NCBI RefSeq assembly: GCF_009914755.1
Contig: NC_060940.1
Source: the human T2T-CHM13v2.0 reference genome, Homo sapiens
Length of the DNA: 64,000 bases
Direction: 5' to 3' (one strand)
This document shows, one piece after another, positions 10,913 to 27,888 of this stretch. The notes beneath the pieces are model-generated. The model searched no databases, was not told the DNA's origin, and saw nothing but the letters and a program-made list of their open reading frames with translations. Positions within the stretch are counted from its first letter, which is position 1. Each line of letters opens with the position of its first letter. A program made the position numbers and the translations under genes.

Positions 10913-13900
10913 TCCATTCCATTCCATTCAATGATTCCATTCGAATCTATTCCATGATGATTCCTTGCGATTCCATTCGCTGATGTTTCCATTCAATTCC
11001 ATTCGATGATGATTCCATTCGATTCCATTCATTGAGGATTCCATTTGATTCCATTCAATGATGATTCCGTTCTATTCCATTCAATGATTGCATTCAATTC
11101 CATTCAATGATTATCCCCTTAGAGTAAACTCAATGATTCCATTCAATACCATTCGATGATGATTCCTTTTGAGTCCATTCAATGATTTCATTCAAGTCCA
11201 TTTGATGATTCCTTTCAATTCCATTCTATGATGATTCCATTCGAGTCCATTCGATGATTCCATTCAATTGCATTCGATGATTCCATTATATTCCAGTCCA
11301 CGATGATTCCATTCGAGTCCATTCGATGATTCCATTAGAGTACATTTAATGATTGCTTTGTTTTCAATTCGAAGATGATTACATTGGATTCCATTCTATG
11401 ATACCATTCGATTCCATTCAATGATGATTCCACTCAAATCCATTGGATGATTCCATTCGTGTCCGTTCGGTGATTTCATTAGATTCCATTCGAGGATGAT
11501 TCCATTCGATTCCATTCGATGATTCCATTCAATTCCATTCGATGATGATTCCATTCCAGTCCATATGATCATTCCATTTGATTTCATTCGATGATGATTC
11601 CATTCGATTCCATTCGACGATTCCATTCTATTCCATTCGATGATGATTCCATTCGAGTCCATTCGATGATTCCATTCGAGTCCATTTAATGATTCCATTG
11701 GGTTCAATTCAATGATGATTACATTGGATTCCGTTCTATGATTCCATTCAATTCCGTTCATTGACAATTTGATTCCATTCGATGATGATTCCATTTGAGT
11801 TCATTCGATGATTCTATTCGATTCTCTTCGATGGTGATTCAATTCTATTATATTGGATGATTCCATTCGATTCCATTTGATGTTGATTCAATTCGATTCT
11901 ATTCGATGATGATTCCATTGGATTTCACTTGATGATTCTATTCGATTCCATTCAATGATGATTCACTTCTCGTCCATTGGATGGTTCCATTTCATTCCAT
12001 TCGATGATGATTCCATTCGATTCCTTTCGATGATTCCATTTGATTCCATGCGACGGTGAGCAATTCGATTCAATTCCATGATGATTCTATTTGATTCAAT
12101 TAGATGATGTTTCCATTCGAATCCATTCCATGATTATTCCATTGGAATCCATTTGGCGATGATTCCATATGAGTCAATTCAATGATGATTCCATATGGGT
12201 CCGTTCGATGATAATTCCATTTGATTTCATTCGATGCTTCTATTCAATTCCAGTCGATGATGATTCCGTTGGAGTCCATACGATGATTCCATTTGATTTC
12301 ATTTGATGATGATTCCATTCGATGATGATTACATTGGATTCCATTCTATGATTCCATTCAATTCCATTCGTTGATGATTCGATTCCATTCAATGATGATT
12401 CCATTTGAGTTCATTCGATGATTCTATTCGATTCCGTTCGATGGTGATTCAATTCTATTATATTGGATGATTCCACTCGATTCCATTTGATGATTATTCC
12501 ATTGGAGTCCACTTAGTGAATCCTTTAGATTCTACTCGAAGATGATTCCATTCGAATCCATTCGATGATACCATTCAATTCCATTCGTTGATGCTTCCAT
12601 TCAAGTGCATTCGATGATATCATTCGATTCCATTTGATGATAATTCCATTTGATTCCATGCAATGATTCTATTCGATTCCATTCAATGATAATTCCATTC
12701 AATTCAGTGATTCCTCTGGACTCCATTTGATGATGATTCCATTCAATGATTCCATTCGATTCTATTCGAAAATGATTCCATTTGAATCCATTTGATGATG
12801 ATTCCATTAGATTCCATTTGATGATTCCATTCGATTCCATTTGATGATGATTCCATTCGATTCCATTTGATGATTCCATTCTATTCTATTCGATGATGAT
12901 TCCATTCGATTCCATTCGATGATGATTGGATTCGATTCCATTTGATGATTTCATTTGATTCCATTCGTTAATGATTTCGATCAACTCCATTCGATGATTC
13001 CATTTAATTCCATTCAATAATGATTACATCCGAGTCCATTCGATGATTCCATTTGAGCCCGTTCGATAATTCCATTTGAGTCCAATCAATGATTCCATTC
13101 ATTTCCATTCAATGATTCCATTCGAGTCCATTTGATCATTCCGGTAGGGTCCGTTCGATGTTGATTCCATTGGAGTGCATTCGATGATTCCATTCGAGTC
13201 CATTTTATGATTTGATTCGAGTCCTTTCGATGATTCCATTCGATTCCACTCGATGATGATTTCATTCGAGTCCATTCGACACTTCCAATCGATTCCATTT
13301 GATGTTTCCATTCGAGTCCAATTGATGATTCCATTCAATTCCATTCGATGATGATTCCGTACGATTCCATTCTGTGATGATTCCATGTGATTGCATTCAA
13401 TGATGATTCCTTTCGATTGCATTCGATTATGATTCATTTCGTGTTCATTCTATGGTTCCACAGGTTTCCATTCGATGACGTTTCCGTTCGTGTCCATTCC
13501 ATTATTCCATTCTCTTTCATTTGATGATGATTCCATTCGATTCCATTCATTGGTGATTCCACTCAATTCCATTCAATGATTCCATTCCATTTCTTTCAAC
13601 AATGATTCCATTAGTTTCTATTCGATGATCCACTTGATTCCATTTGGTGATGATTCCATTCGTGTCCATTCGATGATTCCATTTGATTCCATATGATGAT
13701 GATTCCATTCGATTCCATACGATGATGATTCCATTCGAGTCCATTCAATGGTGATTCCATTCAATTCCATTCGATGATTCCTTCCGATTCCATTCGATGA
13801 TGATGGCATTCGATTCCTTTCAATCATTCCCTTTGATTCCATTCAAAGGTGATTTCATTCAAGTCCATTCGATAATTGCATTCGATTCCATTCTATGATG

Positions 13901-16900
13901 ATTCCATTCGAGTCCATTTGATGATTCCATTCAATTCAAGTCAATGATGATTCCATTCGATTCCACTCGATGATTCCATTGGATTCCATTCGATGATGAT
14001 TCCATTCAAATCCATTCGATAATTCAATTCAAGTCCATTCGATGATGATTCCAATCGAATCCATTCAAAGTTTCCATTCAATTCCATTCGATGATGATTC
14101 CCTTAGATTCCATTCGATGATTCCACTTGATTCCATTTACGATGATTCCATTCGATTCCATGTGATGAATCCATTCAATTCTATTCAATGATGTTTCCAT
14201 TTGATTCCATTGGACCATGATTGCCTTTGATTCCATTCAATGATTCCATTCGGTTCCATTTGATGATGATTCCGTTCGATTCCATTTCATTATTCCATTT
14301 GATTCCATTGGATGAGTCCATTCGATTACATTCGATGATTATTCCATTCGAGTGCATTAGATGATTGCATTCGAGTCCATTCGATGATTCCATTCGATTC
14401 CATTCGATGTTGATTCTGTTCAAATCCATTCGATGATTCCACTCGATTCCATTCGATGACTCCATTTGATCCCATTCGATGATTTCCTGTGATTCCCTTT
14501 GATGATCATTCTATTTGATTCAATTCGGTGATTTCATTTCATTCCATTCAGTGATGTTTCCATTCGACTGTATTCCATGATGATTCCATTCGACTCCATT
14601 CGATTATGATTTCATTCAATTCCATTCAATAATGATTCCATTCGAGTCCATTCGATGATTCCATTCGATTCCATTCAACGATGATTTGATTCGTTTCCAT
14701 TCGATGATTCCATTGGATTCCATTCGATGATGATTCCATTCAAATCCATTCGATAATTCAATTCAAGTCCATTCAATGATGATTCCAATCGAATCCATTC
14801 AAAGATTCCATTCAGTTCCATTCGATGATTCCCTTAGATTCCATTCGATGATTCCACTTGATTCCATTTACGATGATTCCATTCGATTCCATGTGATGAT
14901 TCCATTCAATTCTATTCAATGATGTTTCCATTTGATTCCATTCGACCATGATTGCCTTTGATTCCATTCAATGATTCCATTCGGTTGCTTTTGATGATGA
15001 TTCCGTTCGATTCCATTTGATGATTCCATTTGATTCCATTGGTTGAGTCCATTCGATTACATTCGATGATTATTCCATTCGAGTGCATTAGATGATTCCA
15101 TTCGAGTCCATTCGATGATTCCATTCGATTCCATTCGATGTTGATTCTGCTCAAATCCATTCGATGATTCCACTCGATTCCTTTCGATGACTCCATTTGA
15201 TCCCATTCGATGATTTCCTGTGATTCCCTTTGATGATCATTCCATTTGATTCAATTCGGTGATTTCATTTGATTCCATTCAGTGACGTTTCCATTCGACT
15301 CCATTCGATGATGATTCCATTCGACTCCATTCGATTATGATTTCATTCAATTCCATTCGATAATGATTCCCTTCAAGTCCATTCGATGATTCCATTCGAT
15401 TCCATTCAACGATGATTTGATTCGTGTCCGTTCGATGATTCCATTTGATTCCACTTGATGATGATTCCATTCGAGTCCATTTGATGATTCCATTCAATTC
15501 CATTCTCCGATGATTTCTTTTGAGCCCATTCAATGCTTCCACTCGATTCCATATGATGATGACTCCATTCGATGCAATTCGATGATGATTCCATTCGCTT
15601 GCTTTCGATGATGATTCCACTTGAGTCCGTTAGAAGATTCTATTCAATTACATTCCATGACGATTCCGTTCGAGTCCATTTGATGATTCCATTAGACTCC
15701 ATTCGACGATGATTCCATTCGATGTTATTCGATGATTCCATTCGATCTCATTCGATGATGATTCCATTCAACTCCATTCGATGTTTCCATTCGAGTTCAT
15801 TCTATTATTCCATTAGATTCCATTCGATGATGATTCCATTCGATTCCGTTTGATGATTGCATTCTATTTCATTTGATGATGATTCCATTCGAGTCCACTC
15901 GATGATTCCATTCGAGTCCATTTAATGAATCCATTGGTTTCAATTCTATGATGATTACATTGGATTCCATTCTTTGATGATTTCATTCGGTTCCATTCAA
16001 TGATGATTCCATTCAATTCCTTTCAATGTTTCCATTCAATTCCATACGATGATGATTCCATTTGATTTGATTCGACAGTGAGCCATTCGATTCAATTCCA
16101 TGATGATTCTATTTTATTCAATTGGTTGACATTTCCATTCGATTCCATTCGATGATGATTCCCTTTGATTCCATTCCAAGATGATTCCATTCTAGCCCAT
16201 TCAATCATTCCATTCGATTCTATTCAATGATGATTCCATTCATGTCGATTTAGTGATTCCATTTGACTTCATTTGATGATGATTCCTTTCAAGTTCATTA
16301 GATGATTCCATTCGATTCCATTTGATGATGATCCCATTCGAGTCCATTTGATGATTCCATTCGTTTCCATTCCATGATGATTCCATTCCATTCCATTCAA
16401 TGATTCCATTCGATTCCGTTTGGTGATGATTTCATTCGAGTCCATTTGATGATTCCATTTGATTCCATTCGATGATGATTCCATTCGAGTCCATTCGATG
16501 ATTCTATTCGAATCCACTTGATGATTTCTTTTGATTATAGTTGGTGATGATTCCATTGGAGTCCATTCAATGATTCCATTCGATTCCAATCGATGGTGAT
16601 TCCATTAGAGTCCATTTAATGATTCCATTTGATTCCAGTCTCTGATGATTACATTCGAGTCCATACGATGATTCCACTCAATTCCATATGATGATGATTC
16701 CATTCGATTCCATTCGATGATTCCATTCTATTGTAATCGATGATGATTCCATTCGAGTACATTAGATGATTCCATTCGATTCCATTCAATGATGATTCTA
16801 TTTGTGTCCCTTAGATGATTCCACATGATTCCATTAGATGATGATACTATTTGAGCCCATCCAATGATTCCCTTCGATTCCATTCGATGAGGATTCCATT

Positions 16901-17751
16901 CGATTCAATTCATTGGTGATTCTATTCAATTCAATTCTTTGATTCCATTGCATTCCATTCGGCAATGATTCCATTCGATTTCTTTCGATGATTCCACTCA
17001 ATTCCACTTGACATTGATTCCCCTCGATTCCATTCAATGATTCCATTTGATTACAGTGGATGATGATTGCCATCGATTCCATTCGATCACTCCATTCTAT
17101 TCCATTTGATGATGATTACATTCGATTCCATTTGATGATTCCATCTGATTCTATTCGAGGATTCCATTTGATTCCATTCGATGATGATTCCATTCGAGTC
17201 CATTCGATGATTTCATTCGAGTACATCCAATGATTCCATTCGAGTCCATTTGATGATTCCATTTGATTCCATTTGATAATGATTCTACTAGAGTCCATTC
17301 AATGACTCCATTGGAGTCCATTCAACAATTCCATTCGACTCCATTCGATGATTCCATTCGAGTCCATTTAATCATTACAGTCGAGTCCATTTGGTGATTC
17401 CACTGGATTTCTTTTGATAATGATACCATTCAATTACATTTGATGATGATCCCATTCAATTTCATTTGATGATGATTCCATTAGAGTCCATTCGATGATT
17501 TCATTCGAGTCCCTTCATCGATTCCATCCGATTTCATTGGATGATGACTCCATTCGAGTCCATTCGATGATTCCACTCGATTCCATTAGATGATTCCATT
17601 GGAGTCCATTTGATTGTTCCATTCGATTCCATTCGATTCCTTTCGAAGATTATTCCATTTGAGTCCATTCGATGATGATTCCATTCCATTCCATTCGATG
17701 ATTCCGTTTGATTCCATTCGATGATTCCCTTCGATTCCTTTCTTTGATGAT
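10913..17751 (+). repeat. Nested unit 3, long form, 6839 bp
   Basis: Marker spacing 11396 to 18235. It lacks the 13-bp segment (CATTTCATGATTC-like) present at ~6443 in unit 1. Confidence 0.9.
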
Positions 17752-20700
17752 TCCATTCCATTCCATTCAATGATTCCATTCGAATCTATTCCATGATGAT
17801 TCCTTTCGATTCCATTCGCTGATGTTTCCGTTCAATTCCATTCGATGATGATTCCATTCGATTCCATTCATTGAGGATTCCATTTGATTCCATTCAATGA
17901 TGATTCCGTTCTATTCCATTCAATGATTGCATTCAATTCCATTCAATGATTATCCCCTTAGAGTAAACTCAACGATTCCATTCAATACCATTCGATGATG
18001 ATTCCTTTTGAGTCCATTCAATGATTTCATTCAAGTTCATTTGATGATTCCTTTCAATTCCATTCTATGATGATTCCATTCGAGTCCATTCGATGATTCC
18101 ATTCAATTGCATTCGATGATTCCATTATATTCCAGTCAACGATGATTCCATTCGAGTCCATTCGATGATTCCATTAGAGTACATTTAATGATTGCTTTGT
18201 TTTCAATTCGAAGATGATTACATTGGATTCCATTCTATGATACCATTCGATTCCATTCAATGATGATTCCACTCAAATCCATTGGATGATTCCATTCGTG
18301 TCCATTCGGTGATTTCATGAGATTCCATTCGAGGATGATTCCATTCGATTCCATTCGATGATTCCATTCAATTCCATTGGATGATGATTCCATTCCAGTC
18401 CATATGATCATTCCATTTGATTTCATTCGATGATGATTCCATTCGATTCCATTCGATGATTCCATTCTATTCCATTCGATGATGATTCCATTCGAGTCCA
18501 TTCGATGATTCCATTCGAGTCCATTTAATGATTCCATTGGGTTCAATTCAATGATGATTACATTGGATTCCGTTCTATGATTCCATTCAATTCCGTTCAT
18601 TGACAATTTGATTCCATTCGATGATGATTCCATTTGAGTTCATTCGATGATTCTATTCGATTCTCTTCGATGGTGATTCAATTCTATTATATTGGATGAT
18701 TCCATTCGATTCCATTTGATGTTGATTCAATTCGATTCTATTCGATGATGATTCCATTGGATTTCACTTGATGATTCTATTCGATTCCATTCAATGATGA
18801 TTCACTTCTCGTCCATTGGATGATTCCATTTCATTCCATTCGATGATGATTCCATTCGATTCCATTCGATGATTCCATTTGATTCCATGCGACGGTGAGC
18901 AATTCGATTCAATTCCATGATGATTCTATTTGATTCAATTAGATGATGTTTCCATTCGAATCCATTCCATGATTATTCCATTGGAATCCATTTGGCGATG
19001 ATTCCATATGAGTCAATTCAATGATGATTCCATATGGGTCCGTTCGATGATAATTCCATTTGATTTCATTCGATGCTTCTATTCAATTCCAGTCGATGAT
19101 GATTCCGTTGGAGTCCATACGATGATTCCATTTGATTTCATTTGATGATGATTCCATTCGATGATGATTACATTGGATTCCATTCTATGATTCCATTCAA
19201 TTCCATTCGTTGATGATTCGATTCCATTCAATGATGATTCCATTTGAGTTCATTCGATGATTCTATTCGATTCCGTTCGATGGTGATTCAATTCTATTAT
19301 ATTGGATGATTCCACTCGATTCCATTTGATGATTATTCCATTGGAGTCCACTTAGTGAATCCTTTAGATTCTACTCGAAGATGATTCCATTCGAGTCCAT
19401 TCGATGATACCATTCAATTCCATTCGTTGATGCTTCCATTCAAGTGCATTCGATGATATCATTCGATTCCATTTGATGATAATTCCATTTGATTCCATGC
19501 GATGATTCTATTCGATTCCATTCAATGATAATTCCATTCAATTCAGTGATTCCTCTGGACTCCATTTGATGATGATTCCATTCAATGATTCCATTCGATT
19601 CTATTCCAAAATGATTCCATTTGAATCCATTTGATGATGATTCCATTAGATTCCATTTGATGATTCCATTCGATTCCATTCGACGATGATTCCATTCGAT
19701 TCCGTTTGATGATTCCATTCTATTCTATTCGATGATGATTCCATTCGATTCCATTCGATGATGATTGGATTCGATTCCATTTGATGATTTCATTAGATTC
19801 CATTCGTTAATGATTTCGATCAATTCCATTCGATGATTCCATTCGATTCCATTCGATAATGATTACATCCGAGTCCATCGATGATTCCATTTGAGCCTGT
19901 TCGATAATTCCATTTGAGTCCAACCAATGATTCCATTCATTTCCATTCAATGATTCCATTCGAGTCCATTTGATCATTCCGGTAGGGTCCATTCGATGTT
20001 GATTCCATTGGAGTGCATTCGATGATTCCATTCGAGTCCATTTTATGATTTGATTCGAGTCCTTTCGATGATTCCATTCGATTCCACTCGATGATGATTT
20101 CATTCGAGTCCATTCGACACTTCCAATCGATTCCATTTGATGTTTCCATTCGAGTCCAATTGATGATTCCATTCAATTCCATTCGATGATGATTCCGTAC
20201 GATTCCATTCTGTGATGATTCCATGTGATTGCATTCAATGATGATTCCTTTCTATTGCATTCGATTATGATTCATTTCGTGTTCATTCTATGGTTCCACA
20301 GGTTTCCATTCGTGTCCATTCCATTATTCCATTCTATTCCATTTGGTGATGATTCCATTCGATTCCATTCATTGGTGATTCCACTCAATTCCATTCAATG
20401 ATTCCATTCCATTTCTTTCAACAATGATTCCATTACTTTCTAATCGATGATCCACTTGATTCCATTTGACGACGATTCCATTCTTGTCCATTCGATGATT
20501 CCATTTGATTCCATATGATGATGATTCCATTCGATTCCATACCATGATGATTCCTTTCGAGTCCATTCAATGGTGATTCCATTCAATTCCATTCGATGAT
20601 TCCTTTCGATTCCATTCGATGATGATGGCATTCGATTCCTTTCAATCATTCCATTTGATTCCATTCAAAGGTGATTTCATTCAAGTCCATTCGATAATTG

Positions 20701-23700
20701 CATTCGATTCCATTCTATGATGATTCCATTCGAGTCCATTTGATGATTCCATTCAATTCAAGTCAATGATGATTCCATTCGATTCCATTCGATGATTCCA
20801 TTGGATTCCATTCGATGATGATTCCATTCAAATCCATTCGATAATTCAATTCAAGTCCATTCGATGATGATTCCAATCGAATCCATTCAAAGATTCCATT
20901 CAGTTCCATTCGATGATTCCCTTAGATTCCATTCGATGATTCCACTTGATTCCATTTACGATGATTCCATTCGATTCCATGTGATGATTCCATTCAATTC
21001 TATTCAATGATGTTTCCATTTGATTCCATTCGACCATGATTGCCTTTGATTCCATTTAATGATTCCTTTCGGTTCCTTTTGATGATGATTCCGTTCGATT
21101 CCATTTGATGATTCCATTTGATTCCATTGGATGAGTCCATTCGATTACATTCGATGATTATTCCATTCGAGTGCATTAGATGATTCCATTCGAGTCCATT
21201 CGATGATTCCATTCGATTCCATTCGATGTTGATTCTGTTCAAATCCATTCGATGATTCCACTCGATTCCATTCGATGACTCCAGTTGATCCCATTCGATG
21301 ATTTCCTTTGATTCCCTTTGATGATCATTCCATTTGATTCAAATCGGTGATTTCATTTGATTCCATTCAGTGATGTTTCCATTCGACTCCATTCGATGAT
21401 GATTCCATTCGACTCCATTCGATTATGATTTCATTCAATTCCATTCGATAATGAATCCCTTCGAGTCCATTCGATGATTCCATTCGATTCCATTCAACGA
21501 TGATTTGATTCGTGTCCATTCGATGATTCCATTTGATTCCACTTGATGATGATTCCATTCGAGTCCATTTGATGATTCCATTCAATTCCATTCTCCGATG
21601 ATTTCTTTTGAGCCCACTCAATGCTTCCACTCGATTCCATATGATGATGACTCCATTCGATGAAATTCGATGATGATTCCATTCGCTTGAGTTCGATGAT
21701 GATTCCACTTGAGTCCGTTAGAAGATTCTATTCAATTACATTCCATGACGATTCCGTTCGAGTCCATTTGATGATTCCATTAGACTACATTCGACGATGA
21801 TTCCATTCGATGTTATTCGATGATTCCATTCGATCTCATTCGATGATGATTCCATTGAACTCCATTCGATGTTTCCATTCGAGTTCATTCTATTATTCCA
21901 TTAGATTCCATTCGATGATGATTCCATTCGATTCCATTTGATGATTGCATTCTATTTCATTTAATGATGATTCCATTCGAGTCCACTCGATGATTCCATT
22001 CGAGTCCATTTAATGAATCCATTGGTTTCAATTCTATGATGATTACTTTGGATTCCATTCGTTGATGATTTCATTCGGTTCCATTCAATGATGATTCCAT
22101 TCAATTCCTTTCAATGTTTCCATTCAATTCCATACGATGATGATTCCATTTGATTTGATTCGACAGTGAGCCATTAGATTCAATTCCATGATGATTCTAT
22201 TTGATTCAATTGGTTGACATTTCCATTCGATTCCATTCGATGATGATTCCCTTTGATTCCATTCAAAGATGATTCCATTCTAGCCCATTCAATCATTCCA
22301 TTCGATTCTATTCAATGATGATTCCATTCATGTCGATTTGGTGATTCCATTTGACTTCATTTGATGATGATTCCTTTCAAGTTCATTAGATGATTCTATT
22401 CGATTCCATTTGATGATGATCCCATTCGAGTCCATTCAGTGATTCCATTCGTTTCCATACCATGATGATTCCATTCCATTCCATTCAATGATTCCATTCG
22501 ATTCCGTTTGATGATGATTTCATTCGAGTCCATTTGATGATTCCATTTGATTCCATTCGATGATGATTCCATTCGAGTCCATTCGATGATTCTACCCGAA
22601 TCCACTTCATGATTTCTTTTGATTATAGTTGGTGATGATTCCATTGGAGTCCATTCAATGATTCCATTCGATTCCAATCGATGGTGATTCCATTAGAGTC
22701 CATTTAATGATTCCATTTGATTCCAGTCTCTGATGATTACATTCGAGTCCATACGATGATTCCACTCAATTCCATATGATGATGATTCCATTCGATTCCA
22801 TTCGATGATTCCATTCTATTCTATTCAATGGTGATTCCATTCGAGTACATTAGATGATTCCATTCGATTCCATTCAATGATGATTCTATTTGTGTCCCTT
22901 AGATGATTCCACATGATTCCATTAGATGATGATACTATTTGAGCCCATCCAATGATTCCCTTCGATTCCATTCGATGAGGATTCCATTCGATTCAATTCA
23001 TTGGTGATTCTATTCAATTCAATTCTTTGATTCCATTCCATTCCATTCGACAATGATTCCATTCGATTTCTTTCGATGATTCCACTCGATTCCACTTGAC
23101 ATTGATTCCCTTCGATTCCATTCAATGATTCCATTTGATTCCAGTGGATGATGATTGCCATCGATTCCATTCGATCACTCCATTCTATTCCATTTGATGA
23201 TGATTACATTCGATTCCATTTGATGATTCCATCTGATTCTATTCGAGGATTCTATTTGATTCCTTTCGATGATGATTCCATTCGAGTCCATTCGATGATT
23301 TCATTCGAGTACATCCAATGATGCCATTCGAGTCCATTTGATGATTCCATTTGATAATGATTCTACTAGAGTCCATTCAATGACTCCATTGGAGTCCATT
23401 CAACAATTCCATTCGACTCCATTCGATGATTCCATTCGAGTCCATTTAATCATTACAGTCGAGTCCATTTGGTGATTCCACTGGATTTCTTTTGATAATG
23501 ATACCATTCAATTACATTTGATGATGATCCCATTCAATTTCATTTGATGATGATTCCATTAGAGTCCATTCGATGATTTCATTCGAGTCCCTTCATTGAT
23601 TCCATCCGATTTCATTGGATGATGACTCCATTCGAGTCCATTCGATGATTCCACTCGATTCCATTAGATGATTCCATTGGAGTCCATTTGATTGTTCCAT

Positions 23701-23829
23701 TCGATTCCATTCGATTCCTTTCGAAGATTATTCCATTTGAGTCCATTCGATGATGATTCCATTCCATTCCATTCGATGATTCCGTTTGATTCCATTCGAT
23801 GATTCCCTTCGATTCCTTTCTTTGATGAT
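17752..23829 (+). repeat. Nested unit 4, short (~6.1-kb) form, 6078 bp, without the 731-bp duplication
   Basis: Marker spacing 18235 to 24313. Only one copy of the duplicated block is present (marker at 21000). 6839-734-16-10-1=6078 matches the visible indels. Confidence 0.9.
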
Positions 23830-26800
23830 TCCATTCCATTCCATTCAATGATTCCATTCGAATCTATTCCATGATGATTCCTTGCGATTCCATTCGCTGA
23901 TGTTTCCGTTCAATTCCATTCGATGATGATTCCATTCGATTCCATTCATTGAGGATTCCATTTGATTCCATTCAATGATGATTCCGTTCTATTCCATTCA
24001 ATGATTGCATTCAATTCCATTCAATGATTATCCCCTTAGAGTAAACTCAACCATTCCATTCAATACCATTCGATGATGATTCCTTTTGAGTCCATTCAAT
24101 GATTTCATTCAAGTCCATTTGATGATTCCTTTCAATTCCATTCTATGATGATTCCATTCGAGTCCATTCGATGATTCCATTCAATTGCATTCGATGTTTC
24201 CATTATATTCCAGTCAACGATGATTCCATTCGAGTCCATTCGATGATTCCATTAGAGTACATTTAATGATTGCTTTGTTTTCAATTCGAAGATGATTACA
24301 TTGGATTCCATTCTATGATACCATTCGATTCCATTCAATGATGATTCCACTCCAATCCATTGGATGATTCCATTCGTGTCCATTCGGTGATTTCATTAGA
24401 TTCCATTTGAGGATGATTCCATTCGATTCCATTCGATGATTCCATTCAATTCCATTCGATGATGATTCCATTCCAGTCCATATGATCATTCCATTTGATT
24501 TCATTCGATGATGGTTCCATTCGATTCCATTCGATGATTCCATTCTATTCCATTCGATGATGATTCCATTCGAGTCCATTCGATGATTCCATTCGAGTCC
24601 ATTTAATGATTCCATTGGGTTCAATTCAATGATGATTACATTGGATTCCGTTCTATGATTCCATTCAATTCCGTTCATTGACAATTTGATTCCATTCGAT
24701 GATGATTCCATTTGAGTTCATTCGATGATTCTATTCGATTCTCTTCGATGGTGATTCAATTCTATTATATTGGATGATTCCATTCGATTCCATTTGATGT
24801 TGATTCAATTCGATTCTATTCGATGATGATTCCATTGGATTTCACTTGATGATTCTATTCGATTCCATTCAATGATGATTCACTTCTCGTCCATTGGATG
24901 ATTCCATTTCATTCCATTCGATGATGATTCCATTCGATTCCATTCGATGATTCCATTCGATTCCATGCGACGGTGAGCAATTCGATTCAATTCCATGATG
25001 ATTCTATTTGATTCAATTAGATGATGTTTCCATTCGAATCCATTCCATGATTATTCCATTGGAATCCATTTGGCGATGATTCCATATGAGTCAATTCAAT
25101 GATGATTCCATATGGGTCCGTTCGATGATAATTCCATTTGATTTCATTCGATGCTTCTATTCAATTCCAGTCGATGATGATTCCGTTGGAGTCCATACGA
25201 TGATTCCATTTGATTTCATTTGATGATGATTCCATTCGATGATGATTACATTGGATTCCATTCTATGATTCCATTCAATTCCATTCGTTGATGATTCGAT
25301 TCCATTCAATGATGATTCCATTTGAGTTCATTCGATGATTCTATTCGATTCCGTTCGATGGTGATTCAATTCTATTATATTGGATGATTCCACTCGATTC
25401 CATTTGATGATTATTCCATTGGAGTCCACTTAGTGAATCCTTTAGATTCTACTCGAAGATGATTCCATTCGAGTCCATTCGATGATACCATTCAATTCCA
25501 TTCGTTGATGCTTCCATTCAAGTGCATTCGATGATATCATTCGATTCCATTTGATGATAATTCCATTTGATTCCATGCGATGATTCTATTCGATTCCATT
25601 CAATGATAATTCCATTCAATTCAGTGATTCCTCTGGACTCCATTTGATGATGATTCCATTCAATGATTCCATTCGATTCTATTCCAAAATGATTCCATTT
25701 GAATCCATTTGATGATGATTCCATTAGATTCCATTTGATGATTCCATTCGATTCCATTCGACGATGATTCCATTCGATTCCGTTTGATGATTCCATTCTA
25801 TTCTATTCGATGATGATTCCATTCGATTCCATTCGATGATGATTGGATTCGATTCCATTTGATGATTTCATTTGATTCCATTCGTTAATGATTTCGATCA
25901 ATTCCATTCGATGATTCCATTCGATTCCATTCGATAATGATTACATCCGAGTCCATCGATGATTCCATTTGAGCCTGTTCGATAATTCCATTTGAGTCCA
26001 ACCAATGATTCCATTCATTTCCATTCAATGATTCCATTCGAGTCCATTTGATCATTCCGGTAGGGTCCATTCGATGTTGATTCCATTGGAGTGCATTCGA
26101 TGATTCCATTCGAGTCCATTTTATGATTTGATTCGAGTCCTTTCGATGATTCCATTCGATTCCACTCGATGATGATTTCATTCGAGTCCATTCGACACTT
26201 CCAATCGATTCCATTTGATGTTTCCATTCGAGTCCAATTGATGATTCCATGCAATTCCATTCGATGATGATTCCGTACGATTCCATTCTGTGATGATTCC
26301 ATGTGATTGCATTCAATGATGATTCCTTTCGATTGCATTGGATTATGATTCATTTCGTGTTCATTCTATGGTTCCACAGGTTTCCATTCGATGACGTTTC
26401 CGTTCGTGTCCATTCCATTATTCCATTCTATTTCATTTGATGATGATTCCATTCGATTCCATTCATTGGTGATTCCACTCAATTCCATTCAATGATTCCA
26501 TTCCATTTCTTTCAACAATGATTCCATTAGTTTCTATTCGATGATCCACTTGATTCCATTTGGTGATGATTCCATTCGTGTCCATTTGATGATTCCATTT
26601 GATTCCATTCGATGATGATTCCATTCGAGTCCATTCGATGATTCTATTCGAATCCATTTGATGATTACTTTTGATTATATTTGGTGATGATTCCATTGGA
26701 GTCCATTCAATGATTCCATTCGATTCCAATCGATGATGATTCCATTAGAGTCCATTTAATGATTCCATTTGATTCCAGTCTCTGATGATTACATTCGAGT

Positions 26801-27888
26801 CCATAAGATGATTCCACTCAATTCCATATGATGATGATTCCATTCGATTCCATTCGATGATTCCATTCTATTCTATTCAATGGTGATTCCATTCGAGTAC
26901 ATTAGATGATTCCATTCGATTCCATTCAATGATGATTCTATTTGTGTCCCTTAGATGGTTCCACATGATTCCATTACATGATGATACTATTTGAGCCCAT
27001 CCAATGATTCCCTTCGATTCCATTCGATTCAATTCATTGGTGATTCTATTCAATTCAATTCTTTGATTCCATTCCATTCCATTCGACAATGATTCCATTC
27101 GATTTCTTTCGATGATTCCACTCGATTCCACTTGACATTGATTCCATTCGATTCCATTCAATGATTCCGTTTGATTCCAGTGGATGATGATTGCCATCGA
27201 TTCCATTCGATCACTCCATTCTATTCCATTTGATGATGATTACATTCGATTCCATTTGATGATTCCATCTGATTCTATTCGAGGATTCCATTTGATTCCA
27301 TTCGATGATGATTCCATTCGAGTCCATTCGATGATTTCATTCGAGTACATCCAATGATTCCATTCGAGTCCATTTGATGATTCCATTTGATTCCATTTGA
27401 TTATGATTCTACTAGAGTCCATTCAATGACTCCATTCGAATCCATTCATCAATTCCATTCGAGTCCATTCGATGATTCCATTTCATGATTCCATTCGAGT
27501 CCATTTAATCATTACAGTCAAGTCCGTTTGGTGATTCCACTGGATTTCTTTTGATAATGATACCATTCAATTACATTTGATGATGATCCCATTCAATTTC
27601 ATTTGATGATGATTCCATTAGAGTCCATTCGATGATTTCATTCGAGTCCCTTCATTGATTCCATCCGATTTCATTTGATGATGACTCCATTCGAGTTCAT
27701 TCGATGATTCCACTCGATTCCATTAGATGATTCCATTGGAGTCCATTTCATTGTTCCATTCGATTCCATTCGATTCCTTTCGAAGATTATTCCATTTGAG
27801 TCCATTCGATGATGATTCCATTCCATTCCATTCGATGATTCCGTTTGATTCCATTCGATGATTCCCTTCGATTCCTTTCTTTGATGAT
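23830..27888 (+). repeat. Nested unit 5, deletion variant, 4059 bp
   Basis: Marker spacing 24313 to 28372. It has the same junction as unit 2 at ~26586, and the same chimeric 88-aa and 109-aa marker ORFs. Confidence 0.9.
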